Notes: generated by a model not told the origin, from the sequence alone. Positions 24,742-38,790 are shown, numbered from the stretch's first letter. The stretch is 64,000 nt of DNA from Eledone cirrhosa (GCA_964016885.1 OZ024762.1:21018001-21082000), one strand, 5' to 3'. Numbers and translations: made by a program.

Positions 24742-24792
24742 CTTGGAACTCTTTTAACCATGTTTTGATCTGATATTATTTATACTCCAGTC

Positions 24793-24974
24793 GGTGGATT
24801 GGCAGTATCGGTAGAGGGTCGGACGCCATGCTTTCCAGCATGGTTACGTCCCTTTACGATCTGAGTTCAAATCCCGCCGAGGTTGACTTTGCCTTTCATC
24901 CTTACGGGGTCGATAAAATAAAGTACCAGTAATGCACTGGGTAATTGCTGGCCTTGTGCCTAAAAGTAGAAACA
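24793..24974 (+). mobile_element. CORE-type SINE (family B) with 18-bp TSD
   Basis: TSD attatttatactccagtc at 24775-24792 and 24975-24992. Confidence 0.9.
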
Positions 24975-25089
24975 ATTATTTATACTCCAGTCCTACAAAC
25001 TGTAGAGTGCTACTTATCCGATATTTGCATTGCTTTATTGTGCTACAATAAAACTCACCTCCTACATATATATATATATATATATATAT

Positions 25090-25422
25090 ACCCATGCACG
25101 CGTGGAAGATGGACGTTAAACGATGATGATGATGATGATATATCATTATCATCATCATCATCATACCTCCACTTTTCCCTGCTTGCAAGGGTGGGACGGG
25201 TCAGCATCTCTCCATTATCACGGCCCTTCGTCATATCGTCTGTGAGCTTCTGCGGTCAACTCTCACCAACTCTGCCCATGATTTTCGTGGTCTTCCTCTG
25301 CTGCATCTTCCTTCCACTGGGATGAGCATCACATGCCCATACCAACGCAGTCTTGTCTCCCACACACTACAGCTTATCCCCCTTAACTCGTCTATGTAGT
25401 GTGCAGGAGAGAAGACTGCGTT

Positions 25423-25428
<6 letters not shown>
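25090..25428. mobile_element. Rearranged RTE-derived fragments (tail-to-tail, with inversion)
   Basis: - strand reads ETRLRWYGHVML...EGRCSRGRPRKSW; opposing (gat)n/(atc)n tails; terminal hairpin ataccaacgcagtctt/aagactgcgttggtat. Confidence 0.65.
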
Positions 25429-25465
<37 letters not shown>

Positions 25466-25896
25466 CATTATAAAGAAAGAAGAAACATTAGATATAATTA
25501 ATAAGTTATACCATACCCAAATTCCTTCATTACTCCATTTGGGTATGGTATATCTTATTAATTATATCTAATGTTTCTTCTTTCTTTATAATGTATTATA
25601 TAGCTCTGATACTGAATCAATCTAATCCATTTGGATTATTTTGTCCCAGTTATTCATAGAGCAACAACGGTTGAGGTTGGCACCACAAATTCAGGGATAT
25701 ATGTGGATATATTCATGAATATGTATGTGTCCGCATGTATCTGTGTATTTCTTTATATTGTATATATATATATCTATATATAATTTGTAAATAAAAACAA
25801 CTTAAATTGTCCTATTAATTCTTAATATCTGGTGTTTGTTTCTAATGAAACTATGAATTTCCACAGGATCAGCTATATATTGATATTATATTTCAG

Positions 25897-26018
25897 GATC
25901 AATGGATCCATACCAGCGAGCACCGCGGTCTCCCCGTGGTAAAAGGCCACAACCACTTGATGCTAATAACACAGCACAAATATTTACTGATGAATGCAAG
26001 TCTCCAACCAGTGATCAA
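25897..26018 (+). CDS. STXBP5: Tomosyn internal exon (start of hypervariable region)
   Basis: tttcag|...|gtaaat; (G)SMDPYQRAPRSPRGKRPQPLDANNTAQIFTDECKSPTSDQ matches GS.DPY.R.PRSPR...CKSPTS; phase 1 to 0. Confidence 0.92.
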
Positions 26019-26727
26019 GTAAATATTTAATTCTGTTTTTTTTGTTAATATTTCATATTCTTTTAACTTATTTTTTACTCATAAATATTTTTCAAACCTC
26101 ACTGCAAGCCAAACTTTCTTATAAGTTAATTAATTAATCTTATCTTAATCCCCTTTTTTTTTTATTTTTCAAAATCTTTAACCCTTTAGCATTTAAACTG
26201 GTGATATCCAGACAGAATCCACTCACCTCTTTCTGTTCAAACCGTTTGTAACTGGCAAATCATACTGATGTTAAGGTATTGTTCTCAAAATAAATAATAT
26301 CAAAATCTCATAGAATCAATATTATGTGAGATAAAGCCTTTACCATGAACATACAATAATATATATAGAGTAATGTAAATGAAAATATTGTAGGCCTACC
26401 TATGGATATCTCAGGGGGGGGGGGGGAATTAACCATGCATACTTAGGGCATCAGCGAAAGGGGGGCACCATTTCATTCAAAAATTTGCAGACTTTATATA
26501 TAGCGAGAGAGGACACCATAATGTTTTAAGTGCTGAGGGCATCAAAAGAACTTTATCTAGCTCTGATCTGAGGCCATCTTATAAATATGTGAGGCATATC
26601 TATAAATATGTAGAGCTGGTACCACAGTAAAATGCACATAGTACTCACTGTAAAGGGCAGATGTTTATGCAAAATGCAACCCCGAACTTTTATTGGATGT
26701 CAAAAGATAATATATATAAATATATAT

Positions 26728-26768
<41 letters not shown>

Positions 26769-27024
26769 GGCAGTAGCACTAAGACAGCATTTGCGCATTA
26801 TGAGGCTACCATATTTATGGTATATAAACATATAGTATGGGCTTCTATATACACCCTGAATCTATATGTATACTGCAGTACAAACCTGGTATAGATATCC
26901 AAGGGGGTTTAGCGCACTCAGTCCATGGGATGAGTTATGTATAATCAGTTACAATAGCATTACACAGATAAAGTTTTGTTGGGTTTAACACCAACTCATT
27001 CAGTCAGCTATATTGTGATGGAGT

Positions 27025-27066
<42 letters not shown>

Positions 27067-27224
27067 ATTATGTGAGTAACTTGTGGTTACTAACAGTGAC
27101 ACTGGTTGAAGCACTTGATGCTGTTACGGGGGCCTCTCTAATCGGATTGTGCTCCAGGTTTAAGGTGGCTGTAGTTTGCAGGGACATATGTCAACAGTTT
27201 GGATGGGACCACCCATGTAAACTC

Positions 27225-27312
27225 GCATATCTAAAGAAGTATCAATTAAGAGTCGGGTTCTGATTGCCTGATCAAACCCAAGCTGATTGATATTGAAACA
27301 ATTGTAATATGC
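27225..27312 (+). ncRNA. Hammerhead motif with extended stem II and one core mutation (CUAAAGA)
   Basis: gcatat-CTAAAGA-agtatcaatta...tgattgatatt-GAAAC-aatt-GTA-atatgc. Confidence 0.65.
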
Positions 27313-27374
27313 AATAACATTTCATAATAAGCTGCAAATCTAACTTCTTATTGTCAGTATATATATATAAGGGT

Positions 27375-27785
27375 GAAGACCCGCCTTACCTAAATACATA
27401 GTAAAACCTACTACAGCCAGTAGGCATCTCTAACAAAATACACCCCGTCCCACCACCCCCACCCCATCCACACCGCCCCCTTCTATGTAAAGTTATGTTG
27501 GTGCCACACCATCCAGGCCGAAACAAATGAGATCGTGTAGGTATCACGACAAAAAAAAACACACAGTCCACGCTGTAATGTGGCCGTGTAGGCAACATGG
27601 TAAAAACCTCCCAGACCCACACTGTAAATGTGGTTGGTGTTAGGAAGGGCATCCAACTGTAGAAAACCTGCCAGACAGTCCTATGCGAGCAAGACAATCA
27701 CTCTTGCCTCAAGTGGGAATACCCCCGTCCAAACCCATGCAAGCGTGGAACACGGACGTTAAACGTTGATGATGATGATGATGAA
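27375..27785 (+). mobile_element. RTE LINE 3' UTR copy with (GAT)n tail
   Basis: Homologous to 41570-41945. Confidence 0.8.
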
Positions 27786-27899
27786 TTAGCAGTCATTAGA
27801 ATGTCAAATAGAATGCTTTGCAGTATTTGTTCAAATCCTGCTTTATCTTTCATCCATCTGGGGTTGATAAAATAAAGTACCAGTTAAACCCAGTTCTGG

Positions 27900-28095
27900 G
27901 AATAATTGTTTCTACTTTTGGCACAAGGCCAGCAATGACCCAGTGCATTACTGGTACTTTATTTTATCGACCCCGTAAGGATGAAAGGCAAAGTTAACCT
28001 CGGTGGGATTTGAACTCAGAATGGGAAGGGCTGTAACTCTATGCGTCAAAGCATGGTGTCCAACCCTCTACCGATACTGCCAATCCACCGCCCTT
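27900..28095 (-). mobile_element. CORE-type SINE (family B)
   Basis: Reverse complement of the 17235 copy. Confidence 0.88.
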
Positions 28096-28461
28096 GGAAT
28101 AATAAAAAGAAAACATACACAGACAATCCCCAGACTTACAAATATATACAGCTTACAGAAAATAGCACTGCTATGCACTGTACACATATTATGAAGAGAA
28201 CTCTCAATATAATAGAAATAACAACACACACTAAAAATAAGACTGATAATAATAATAATAGTAATTTATCTAATCTGTAAGACTGGCTGCAGTTTGAGGG
28301 TATGTTTATACATACATATATATATATATATACACACATGTATATATACACATGTATATATACACATGTATATATACATATAGACATGTGTATGTGTGTT
28401 AACATTAATATATTGTCTATTTGAATTTTTTTGTCTTTTACATTTTTATCAAATTATCTAG

Positions 28462-28505
<44 letters not shown>

Positions 28506-31500
28506 CAATATTGTAGAGAAATGTTTTCATGATCAAAGTAATTTGCTCATTTCACAGAATTCTTTCACAATTGTTAATTGATCTTTCATTCTCTCTCTCT
28601 CTCCACCCTTTCTCTCTCTCTCTCTCTTCATCATCTCTCTCTCTTAACACCCCCTCTCTCTCTCTCTTCATACTTCTTTCCCTCCCACTGTCTTTCCCAC
28701 ACTCATCTTTAAAATGATAAATCATCAAATTTATTGATCTGACATGGTTTTCTTGAAGTATTTTCATTTTTAATATTTTAATTTACTCAGTGGTCAAATT
28801 TAATTTGATGTATTATAGCAATTAGATAAATATAGACTTAAAATTTATGAGTTGACAAATGAAGAAATCAATTTATATAGATAATATGCTCATAATACAT
28901 GACTGATATTGCCAGTTGCTCTTTCAGTGTGGCAATTTAAAATAATTCTATAAGGTATTATTTACACTAGCTGTAGAACCGCCCCTCCGGCCATTTTTAT
29001 GCTAGCATATGTAGTGTGCATATTGATATTATATGCAAATATATATGCATATAGATATGATACATAAATTGAAAAGTAAATATGCACATAAATTGAATAA
29101 AGTCTGTATTACACTTTCGTCTGTAATCAGTAAAGTAATCCATGATACATTTAAAAAAAACGATAATGTTATGATATGAACACTAACGGAAGTTGACATT
29201 TGAAAGTTTTAAAAGAAGTGAATCTTGAAATAAGCCATACATTTTATATAAGATTATTTATGTTTAATCAATAGCTAAGAAATCTAGTAGATAAATTACA
29301 TAATATTCATTCATGATTTATTCAAAGTAATCAAACTTATTTTAATAATGTGATGTAAAATAATAAACTAGACACATCGTGCTGTTCTCCAGTCAATGAC
29401 TTTACGGTCTGAGTTCAAATCCCGCTGAGGTTAACTTTACAGGGTCGATAAAATAAACTACCAATAATGCACTTGGGTAATTGCTGGCCTTGTGCCAAAA
29501 GTAGAAACAATTATATATAATATTGTCTGAAGTGTTAAGAAAATTCCTTCAGTTGTGTCAATGGTAGAACAACCTCCTTAGTGTTGGTGCCACTGTAAAA
29601 TGCACACAGTTCACTCTTAAGTGGTTAGCATTAAGAAGGGAATCACGCTATAGAAACCATAGAAACCGTGTCAAGCAAAGAGTTGAAAGGACTCCTCATT
29701 TGTGTCAAGGACATAACATGGCTAGCACTAGTGCCATGATAATATACACCCAGTTGTAGAAACTATGGGAAGCAAAGAGCTGAAGGGACACTTCATTTGT
29801 GTCAAAGACATGACACTAGTGCTATGATAATATATACCCAGACCGCATTTTTTTACCAGTTGGGGTGGAAATCATCAAATCGGATTAAGAACACAATGTT
29901 TCCATTGGTCTTTCCATTGCTAATACTATCTACTGGTCACAATTCCTGGCAGAAGCAATGTCAAGTAAAGTGTCTTGCTCAAGGATATCACATCGATTGG
30001 TTCAGTAAGCAAAATCACAACCTTACGATTGCAAATCCAATTTGTTAACCACTAGGCCATGTGCCTTCACATGGCTGAGTGGTAAATAATTGATTTCTTA
30101 ATTTCGGCACAAGGCTAGCAATTTGAGGGGAAAGTAAAATTGATTATATTGACCCCAGTACTAGAGTAAAGATTTTAATTTTTAATAAGAGGCAGTTTTA
30201 TACTTTTCAAGAATGTCTTGTTAATGTGGTTTCATGTGTACTAGACATGAAGAGTTATCAGGGATATATCACTAAAAGTAAATTTAAATCAGATTTATTA
30301 TAAAATTCAGAACATTGAAACTTCAAGAAAATCTTTGTCTTTCTTCATTAAGGTTTATTTTATTTTTTTTTTTTTTTTACATTATTTGAGACAAATATTT
30401 ACCTTTAAAAAATCTTTTAAAGATCAATTAATTAATATTTGAAAGAATTCTAATTATCAATTTAAATGTTTGTCTCGTTTTATTTTTCATTTGTGTGTTT
30501 CATTATTACATCAGTAATTTAACCAATATATCAGACATATCTAATTCATTATATTTATAAATAAATATATGTTGTTTTTTTTTAGTATATATATACACAT
30601 ATAAATATTTTTTTTAATATCCTGATTTACAATAAAATATTGATTTAGCATTGTTATCAGTTTGAATATAAAATGACAATTAGATATTAAATTTAATTTT
30701 CTATTCACTGTTAAATTATTTTGCCCTGGATAAATATTTCCCCGAGTTCTAATTAGTCTATAATATTGCAACTGTTAATTAATATATTTGGCATTGGGGA
30801 AATGTTAACAATATCAACCATAAAAATGTTTAATTTCAATATCAATTTCTTCATCTCACTGTTTACTATTCTGTACTACTTGTAACATCTCAAATATTAT
30901 TCTCTTCTTCAAATACTCATAATTTTCATTGTTCTTTTGGGCTACATCACCCAATCTTTGTTTTCTATTAAAAATGTTTAAAAAATGACTTGACTCTTTC
31001 CAACTAAATTACTTTATTTTGAAATTCCACTGGTCCTTTCTTTGGATTTTACCATTGGACACACACACACACTCTCTCTCTCTCTCTGACTATCTCTGAC
31101 TATCTCTCCCTCTCTCTCTCTGACTATCTTTCTCTGACTATCTCTCTTCCTGACTTTCTCTCTCTCTTCATCCTATCTCTCTGGCTCTATTTCTCTTGCT
31201 CTCTCTAACCTCTTTCTCTTTGTCTCCCATTTTCTCCTCTCTTTGACTCTCTCTCTCTCCCTTCACTCTCTTTGTCTCTCTTTCTCTTCCATCTTCTCTC
31301 AACCTCTCTCTTCACCTTCTTACACTCCATCTCTCTTTTTCTGCCAACTCTCTCTTTCTCTGCCCACTCTCTCTCTCCCTTTCTCTCAGTAACAATAAAC
31401 TACATATATAGTCCCATAGAACAATGAAAGTCATAGACCCACCAAGTATATATATTCTATTGTCAATTTTAACGAAGATTTAAGATAGTTCTGAGATAAT

Positions 31501-32683
31501 ACTGTGAACAGTTTCTACAGATAATTCAAATTGAGTTTTAAATTTGATAAAAATTTAGAAATAAAAAAAATTATTTCTAGAAAACATATTTTTAAAAAAA
31601 TGCGTCATTAACAAAAAAATTTCATATTAATTTGAATAGAGTATTTAAAACCCTTTCATGACCATAAAATATTGTTTTAGGAAATATATATTTTGAAAAA
31701 AAGCATCATTAACAAAAACATTTTATATTAATTTGAATAAATTTTTTAAAAACCCTTTCATGGCCATATTCTAAAAGAAAGATACAGTTCTAGACTCCAG
31801 TTAATCTGAATGATAATCAATAATTTGAAAGGAATTAATAAAATATTTAATTTTTATATTAATTATTGTATTAAGTTATAATTTAATAAAAAGTTTTTTC
31901 GCATAAATTTGATAGAATATTTTTAAAACATGATTTTGTACCATAAAACAATGTGGTTTCTTGCAGGTTGGTTTCACAAGGGTTAACGACATTTGCTTCG
32001 CTTCTAAGAAGGAAATGCCTTTATCATTATTTTTTTCTTTTAGAAAAAATGATATTTAAAAAATAGATATAAATATTGAATAATATTCTAGTTTAGATTT
32101 TATTTCTGTCACTAAAAACTAAATAATTATCTCAACTAATGTATATTTTTGTTTTAATTATTTTAAAGTTTTATAGAAGGCAATAAAAACAAAACAAAAG
32201 AGAAAACAAATAAAAACATTTTTATTAAAATAGATTCACTGAAATTCTAAAACCGTCCATTTCATAGTTAGACATTTTAACTTTTAAAATTATGCAAAAT
32301 GTCCAATACACATTCAGGGCCATCTTAAAAGCACTATAGGTTCCCAGTCAAAGCAATTCACTGGGGTCCTTACTTATACAACTACATCATAGATTAATAC
32401 TGGGTCTCTATACCCAGTGGGCCCCTATGCAAAGAAATACATTGGGGCCCCTTCATGCACAATTTCAGCATACATAGATTAACATGGGGCTCATACATAA
32501 ACAACCAAAGCAGACAAAAATTGGCATGGAGCCCCTTAACGGGGTGAGCTGGCTTGGCCTGGACAACTGTTCATTGTGTCCAAGCCTTAATACAGTCCTG
32601 TACATATTAGAATATGGTCTACATTAAAAAAAATACAAAAAAAAAATAACCCATGATTTCTAGAAATTCATCTTTATTTTTAA

Positions 32684-32904
32684 CCATTTAGCATTTAAAC
32701 CAGCTGTATCCAACGAGAATTCTCTCACCTCTTTCTGTTCAAACTGGCTATAACTTGCTACTCATGCTGGTGTTAAGGTATTATTCTCAAAATAAATAAT
32801 GTCAAAATCTCATAGATTCGATATTATGTGAAATAATTATGTGAGATAAAGCCTTTACCATGAAAATATAATAGTAATTATAGAGTAATATAAATGCTAA
32901 AGGG
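32684..32904. mobile_element. piggyBac-type MITE (family P)
   Basis: TTAA at both ends; TIR cc(a)tttagcattt / aaatgctaaaggg. Confidence 0.8.
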
Positions 32905-33580
32905 TTAATGTGGTGAGCTAGCCTGGCCTGGACAACTTTCCATTGCGTCCAAGCCTTAAAATAGCCCTGTACATATTAGAATATGGTCTACATTAAAAAT
33001 AAAATAATAATAAAAAAAATAAAAAAAACCTATGATTTCTAGAAATTCATCTTTCTTTTTGAACCAGCTACAGATGTGTGCTAAATCTTTATTTTTTTTT
33101 TAGAAAATTTTCTGAACATTGTTACTTTGCTAATTTTATACTTCTTTATTGTTTTTTTTCGTTTGTTTTTTTTCTTTTGTTTTTTTTTCAATTGCCAGTG
33201 AAATCTTTGGTCAAAGCTAGTCGACATTTTGTAAATTACCTTTCTGTTCTGTGTTGAAACCATTATCATATTTTTCTTTCTTGTTCCTAGTAAACCTTTT
33301 TTGTTATGTGTTATATTGATCAAAGGTCAAATTATGTAGTGATTATTATTTACCAAAATACTTTTTTTGTTATGTTTATCAATGGCCAAATGGTTAAGAA
33401 GTTTGCTTCGCAATCATTAGGTCCTGGGTTTATTCCACTACGTGATAAATTGGGCTTGTGTCATTTACGTTAGTCTTAAGTCACCCCATGGCTTGTGAGT
33501 GAAATTAGGCAGGCAGAAACTGTTTGGAAACCCTTCAGGTGCCAAAGTAATCTCAAGGTTTTTGTGCATTATATATTTAA

Positions 33581-33783
33581 CCCTTTAGCATTTAAACTGG
33601 CTGTATCCAGCCAAAATTCTCTCACCTCTTTCTGTTCAAACTGGCTGTAATTGGCTGCTCATACTGATGTTAAGGTATTGTTCTCAAAATAAATAATATC
33701 AAAATTTCATAGATTTGATATTATGTGAGGTAAAGCCTTTACTGTGAAAATACAATAGTAAATATAATGTGAATGCTAAAGGG
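33581..33783. mobile_element. piggyBac-type MITE (family P)
   Basis: TTAA|ccctttagcatt ... aatgctaaaggg|TTAA. Confidence 0.85.
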
Positions 33784-34776
33784 TTAAGTATTAATGTACG
33801 ACTGAACTGGGAATACATATCTATGGTGTGGATGCAGCATAGCCAAATGGTTAGGTTTGTTACATGATCATTAGGTCTCAAGTTCAATCTCACTACATGG
33901 CATTAGGGTCCTGTGTCATTTGCTATATATAGCCTCAGGCTGACCTATGCCTAGAAACTGCTTGGAAGCCTGTCTGATGGACTGTACCTCTATCAGTAAT
34001 TCACAGGGCCCACACAGTTCCTTGTGAGTGGAACTGGGTAGCTAGAAACTGCTTGGAAGCCTGTCTGATGGACTGTATCTGTACCAGTAATTCACAGGGC
34101 CCACACACACACACACACACACACAGTTCAGTGTCATGCTGAATCTCATTGGAAATTACCCTTATGGGGTACACGTGTCTGTGGAATGCTCTGCCACAAA
34201 CACATTAATTTCCTGAACTGGCTGTTCCATTGATGAAACAACTGAAACTGAAATGCTCATCGTTGAAACTGACTGAGATCCAGTTCAATTTAAAGAAATA
34301 GATTTTAAAAAGGGAGAAAAAAGGAAAAAAATATATTTACTTCTATCTCATTTTCAAACAAAAACAAAATAAGATAAACAAAACAAACATAAGATAAACA
34401 AAACAAATTTAATCAGAATTATTGTTGTGTGTATGTAACTGTGTATAGCAGATATGAACAGTGGGTTTATATTTATAATGAAACCCATTAGAGGTTGTGA
34501 GAAATCAAGTGAAAAATTAATTTGACACACAAAATTACTGTGACACACACACACATGCAGACACACATACACACACACTATAGGTTTTGAATTCTTCACA
34601 AAGACCAAATATCTGAATGATTCTATTAAGGGAAGTTAATTTAACCTGCTGGCAGCATAAGGTTCATTTTTTAATGATTTTTTTTTACCCCCTGGCCAAT
34701 GGTAATGCAACACGTGCCAATGAAAGCATTTACTTTTTCTGTTTAAACACATACACACTGAGTCTATATATATATG

Positions 34777-34839
<63 letters not shown>

Positions 34840-34934
34840 GTATATGTATATATACATATACATTGTATACATATTGTATATATATATATGTATATATGTA
34901 TATATATATATGTATATATATATATGTATATATG

Positions 34935-35002
<68 letters not shown>

Positions 35003-35026
35003 TATATACATATACATTGTATACAT

Positions 35027-35074
<48 letters not shown>

Positions 35075-35078
<4 letters not shown>

Positions 35079-35142
35079 GCCGTCAAGTATGAAATTTGTA
35101 GAAATTTGTTTTCTTCTACAAATTTCATACTTGACAATCCAA
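35075..35142. mobile_element. 68-bp mariner-type mini-MITE in (TA)n
   Basis: ttgggccgtcaagtatgaaatttgtagaa / ttctacaaatttcatacttgacaatccaa with TA flanks. Confidence 0.7.
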
Positions 35143-35152
35143 TATATATTGT

Positions 35153-35217
<65 letters not shown>

Positions 35218-35369
35218 GATATACTATTATACTCATGTCTAAGTCACAACTATTTCAAAGTAAATAAGATGTGAAAAACATGTGATACATTGATAGTGTC
35301 ATATATAAAATGGAGAATGGAGGTTTAGATTATCTACAAGAGTGAATTATACATGAGTATATGTGGTGC

Positions 35370-35413
<44 letters not shown>

Positions 35414-37909
35414 TAGATAGATATATATAGTTATAGATAGATATAGATTTAAAAGAGTCGAAGTCAGTGTTGCAGCATATGTACACATTTTATTTGCATA
35501 TTACAATTGTTTCAGTATCGATCAGCTCAAGGTACAATGAGTTGATATCGATACATAACAATTGTAATATGCAAATAAAGTTTGTACATATGCTGCAACA
35601 CTGACTTTGACTCCTTTAAATCTATTTACACTCTACACTCTACAACCGTAACACTGGAATACAACCCAGATGAAACGGACCTCATAATAGCATTGAGTAC
35701 TTTAAACAGCGCGCGCCTATTTAACATATATATATATAGAACAGAGAGGGTGTGGCAAGATACCAGGTGGACCATAATGCACCAGAGTACTCAATACTTG
35801 GGGTAGTAGAGTGGGTAATATGAAAAGATTCAGGACCCCGATGGCTGAGCTCCGGCTGTTTTGACAGCTATATATATATATATTTATACACACACATATA
35901 TATTTATATATATATATGTATGTATATATATATTCACATATATATATATTCTGATAGTTTTAATATAATTCTTAAATATATTAAGAGTTCTTTTAATCTA
36001 AAATATTTTACCAAACTTCAAAATACATTTCTTCCCTAATTATTATCTCCTGTTTTATAAAAACACATTAAATGATGATAAAAAATCTTAGGTTTATATA
36101 ACCTCCAGCCGTGAGAATAGATAGTATTTTTATGATACCAATTTCCATTTTGGTAAAAAAAACTAATGTCTGTATTCCAAATAGAAAAGCCAAAATGTAC
36201 ATTTAGCAAAGTATCCAAATACTTAAGCGTATTCAATTAATGGATCCCATTAGATATTAAAGTATTCAATTCCTCTTTCTCTTTGAATATATTAGCATTT
36301 TATAACCTGGATATCATAGCGATATTACATCAATTATAATATTAAATGGTATATAACATAGATTATAATATAATATTGATATTACAGTAGCCTTTGCTCT
36401 AATCAAATAAATTCCCAAGTTTAAAACAAGAAGACCTGTCTGTAGAAACATTCATACCATTATCTTATATATAAAAAAAAATTTATATGCATATATATAT
36501 ATTAACAAAAACTTTCATCTAACGGTTGAGAACTGTTTTAGAAAAATTATATTGTTTAAAAATATACATTTATACTTTAAATCTCTTTTTACAATTTAAT
36601 ATACTTTCTTTTTAATTTTGTTTAAATTTTTCAAAAATTTCTTTATATTTTCATATTTCAATTTTATCATTCATCACTTAAACAATAATCTAAACAGGTA
36701 TTGCGATCATAATAGTATATATATATATATATATATCTATATATATATATATATATATATATGTTATATATATATATACCAATTATAAATTGTTTATTTT
36801 TCAGTTTAATTTATGTATCTTTCAAATGAATATCATCTACTCAATTCTAGTTTTGTTCTGTAATGTTATTCTAAGAATTCTGATTTTACAGTATCTCCCA
36901 AAATATGATTCTAACCATAAATATACAATGGGTAAAATATATTCTGCAATATGTCTAAACTACAATTCTCTCAAATTAAATCAAAGAATTCAAAATCGGA
37001 AAACCAAACAACATATTGCTCAAAGGATTTATAATTTTAACACTTGGAACACGTTTATCAAATAAAAATATATATATATCATCTCTCTACAACTAAAACA
37101 AAATCTTCCACTTTCTGTGGATATGTCCTTTAGTTATTATATATCTTAGCCATTTAATGATAACATTATTTGATTGACTATTTGAAAATTATTTCCAAGA
37201 ATATTTCTCGTCCCTCATTAAATGCAGTCAAAATTGATGTAATTATCTAGCCCTCGGCAGTTTATTGGTTATCGGCCTCATGCTGAAAGCAGGTTTCTAA
37301 GGATTGCTCAATATAAAAGATTAGAAGCAATTCTTTAATGGCAGTTTGGATTGTATAGTTGGCGTTACTACTCAGAATATTACTTACATCCCCCCAGCTT
37401 CAAGATAAAAACTACCCCTCCTGCAAACCCTTGTGTACCCTTTCTAAATGCATTGCTTTACCTCCCTCCCTCCCTCCCTCCCTCCCTTTCTTCCCCTTCT
37501 CCCAAAAATGTGATTGTACACATGTATACAATCATGAATATGTGTGTCATTGCATGTGTGTAATATATATGCATATTATATATAAATATATATATATATC
37601 TATATATATAATGTGTGTGTAAGGAAAAGAGATTGAAAATGCAACTGGAGTCCTTTATGAATATTTATTTACTTTACCGGTTTCACAGTTGTTATGATTT
37701 TCAAAAGTAAAATTGAGATAGAGGGTTTGTGTTTCTGTTATAGTTTGTCAACAGAAACACAAACCCTCTATCTCAATTTTATTTTTGAAAAACATAACAA
37801 CTGTGAAACCAGTAAATAAATAAATATTCTTCAGTTGCATTTTCAATTTCTTTTCCCTATACCTTCACCCATGTGGTCCATCTCTTTTAAAAAAAAACAA
37901 CTCATTTTC

Positions 37910-37972
<63 letters not shown>

Positions 37973-38264
37973 TAAACATATACATTGTGTTATTAAAGAA
38001 ATGACTTTGACTTTCAACATTTTCATAAAGTACATCAGCTTACAGTAAAACAGGCAATGAAAATAAGCCAACAAAAAACTACATATTGATGTGATGGTGA
38101 AAGTCATTAAGAAAATTGTTTGTACAAATGGGTTACAAAGGACTCATGAGAAAATATTGAAAGAACATAATATTAAAGTTAAAACTTGAACAATATTATG
38201 TCTTTAATAACACATCTATGTTTTCTCATATGATATTCATATATATGAATATCATGTATCTCGT

Positions 38265-38312
<48 letters not shown>

Positions 38313-38342
38313 AGATCAAAAGATGGTTAAAGGAGTTCCATA

Positions 38343-38413
38343 TATTTTATTATGCGCATTTCAAAAACAAACATCATCATGCAATAATATTTGTGTTTTC
38401 ATCAGATAAAACA
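38343..38413 (-). ncRNA. Minimal type I hammerhead ribozyme motif (H2)
   Basis: Same motif as 9677-9747. Confidence 0.85.
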
Positions 38414-38790
38414 GGAGAACATGATATGAAGGCTAAAAAACACTTGTGGATAGTGCAGTTTTAAATCAACATATGAAAAGTGGTTTTAGATTGATGTGTG
38501 ATATTGGGAAAAATATTTTATTTAGAGAGGGGGGTGGGGGTGGAAAGGATGAAAAGGGAAGGAGATGAAAGGGAGAGATGGGTGATAGAGAGAAAGAGAT
38601 AGTTTTTATAACTGAGAGGAGATATATTTTTTACATAGAGAGGTTGAAAACCGTTGGAAGATACTGTATAAATTAAAATATTTTAAATATTTTTTCCCAA
38701 TATCACACATCAATCTAAAACCACTTTTCATATGTTGATTTAAAACTGCACTATCCACAAGTGTTTTTTAGCCTTCATATCATGTTCTCC

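Larger units (their letters stand above)
24450..25066. mobile_element. Fold-back Penelope-like pLTR element (family H2) interrupted by a SINE
   Basis: Inverted arms 24450-24601 and 24624-24777; the right arm continues past the SINE to a (TA)n tract. Confidence 0.75.

Noticed and set aside
25861-25896. Alternative acceptor ccacag|gatca 30 nt upstream of the exon
   Set aside because: In frame but introduces TGA after a few codons; no support as a coding extension.
31950-32030. ttcttgcag|gttggt possible microexon or recursive site
   Set aside because: Short pyrimidine tract, weak downstream donors and no homology; cannot be supported.
35990-37150. Possible decayed Penelope RT coding sequence
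   Set aside because: Only vague motif resemblance in very AT-rich DNA; no ordered RT motifs could be read.
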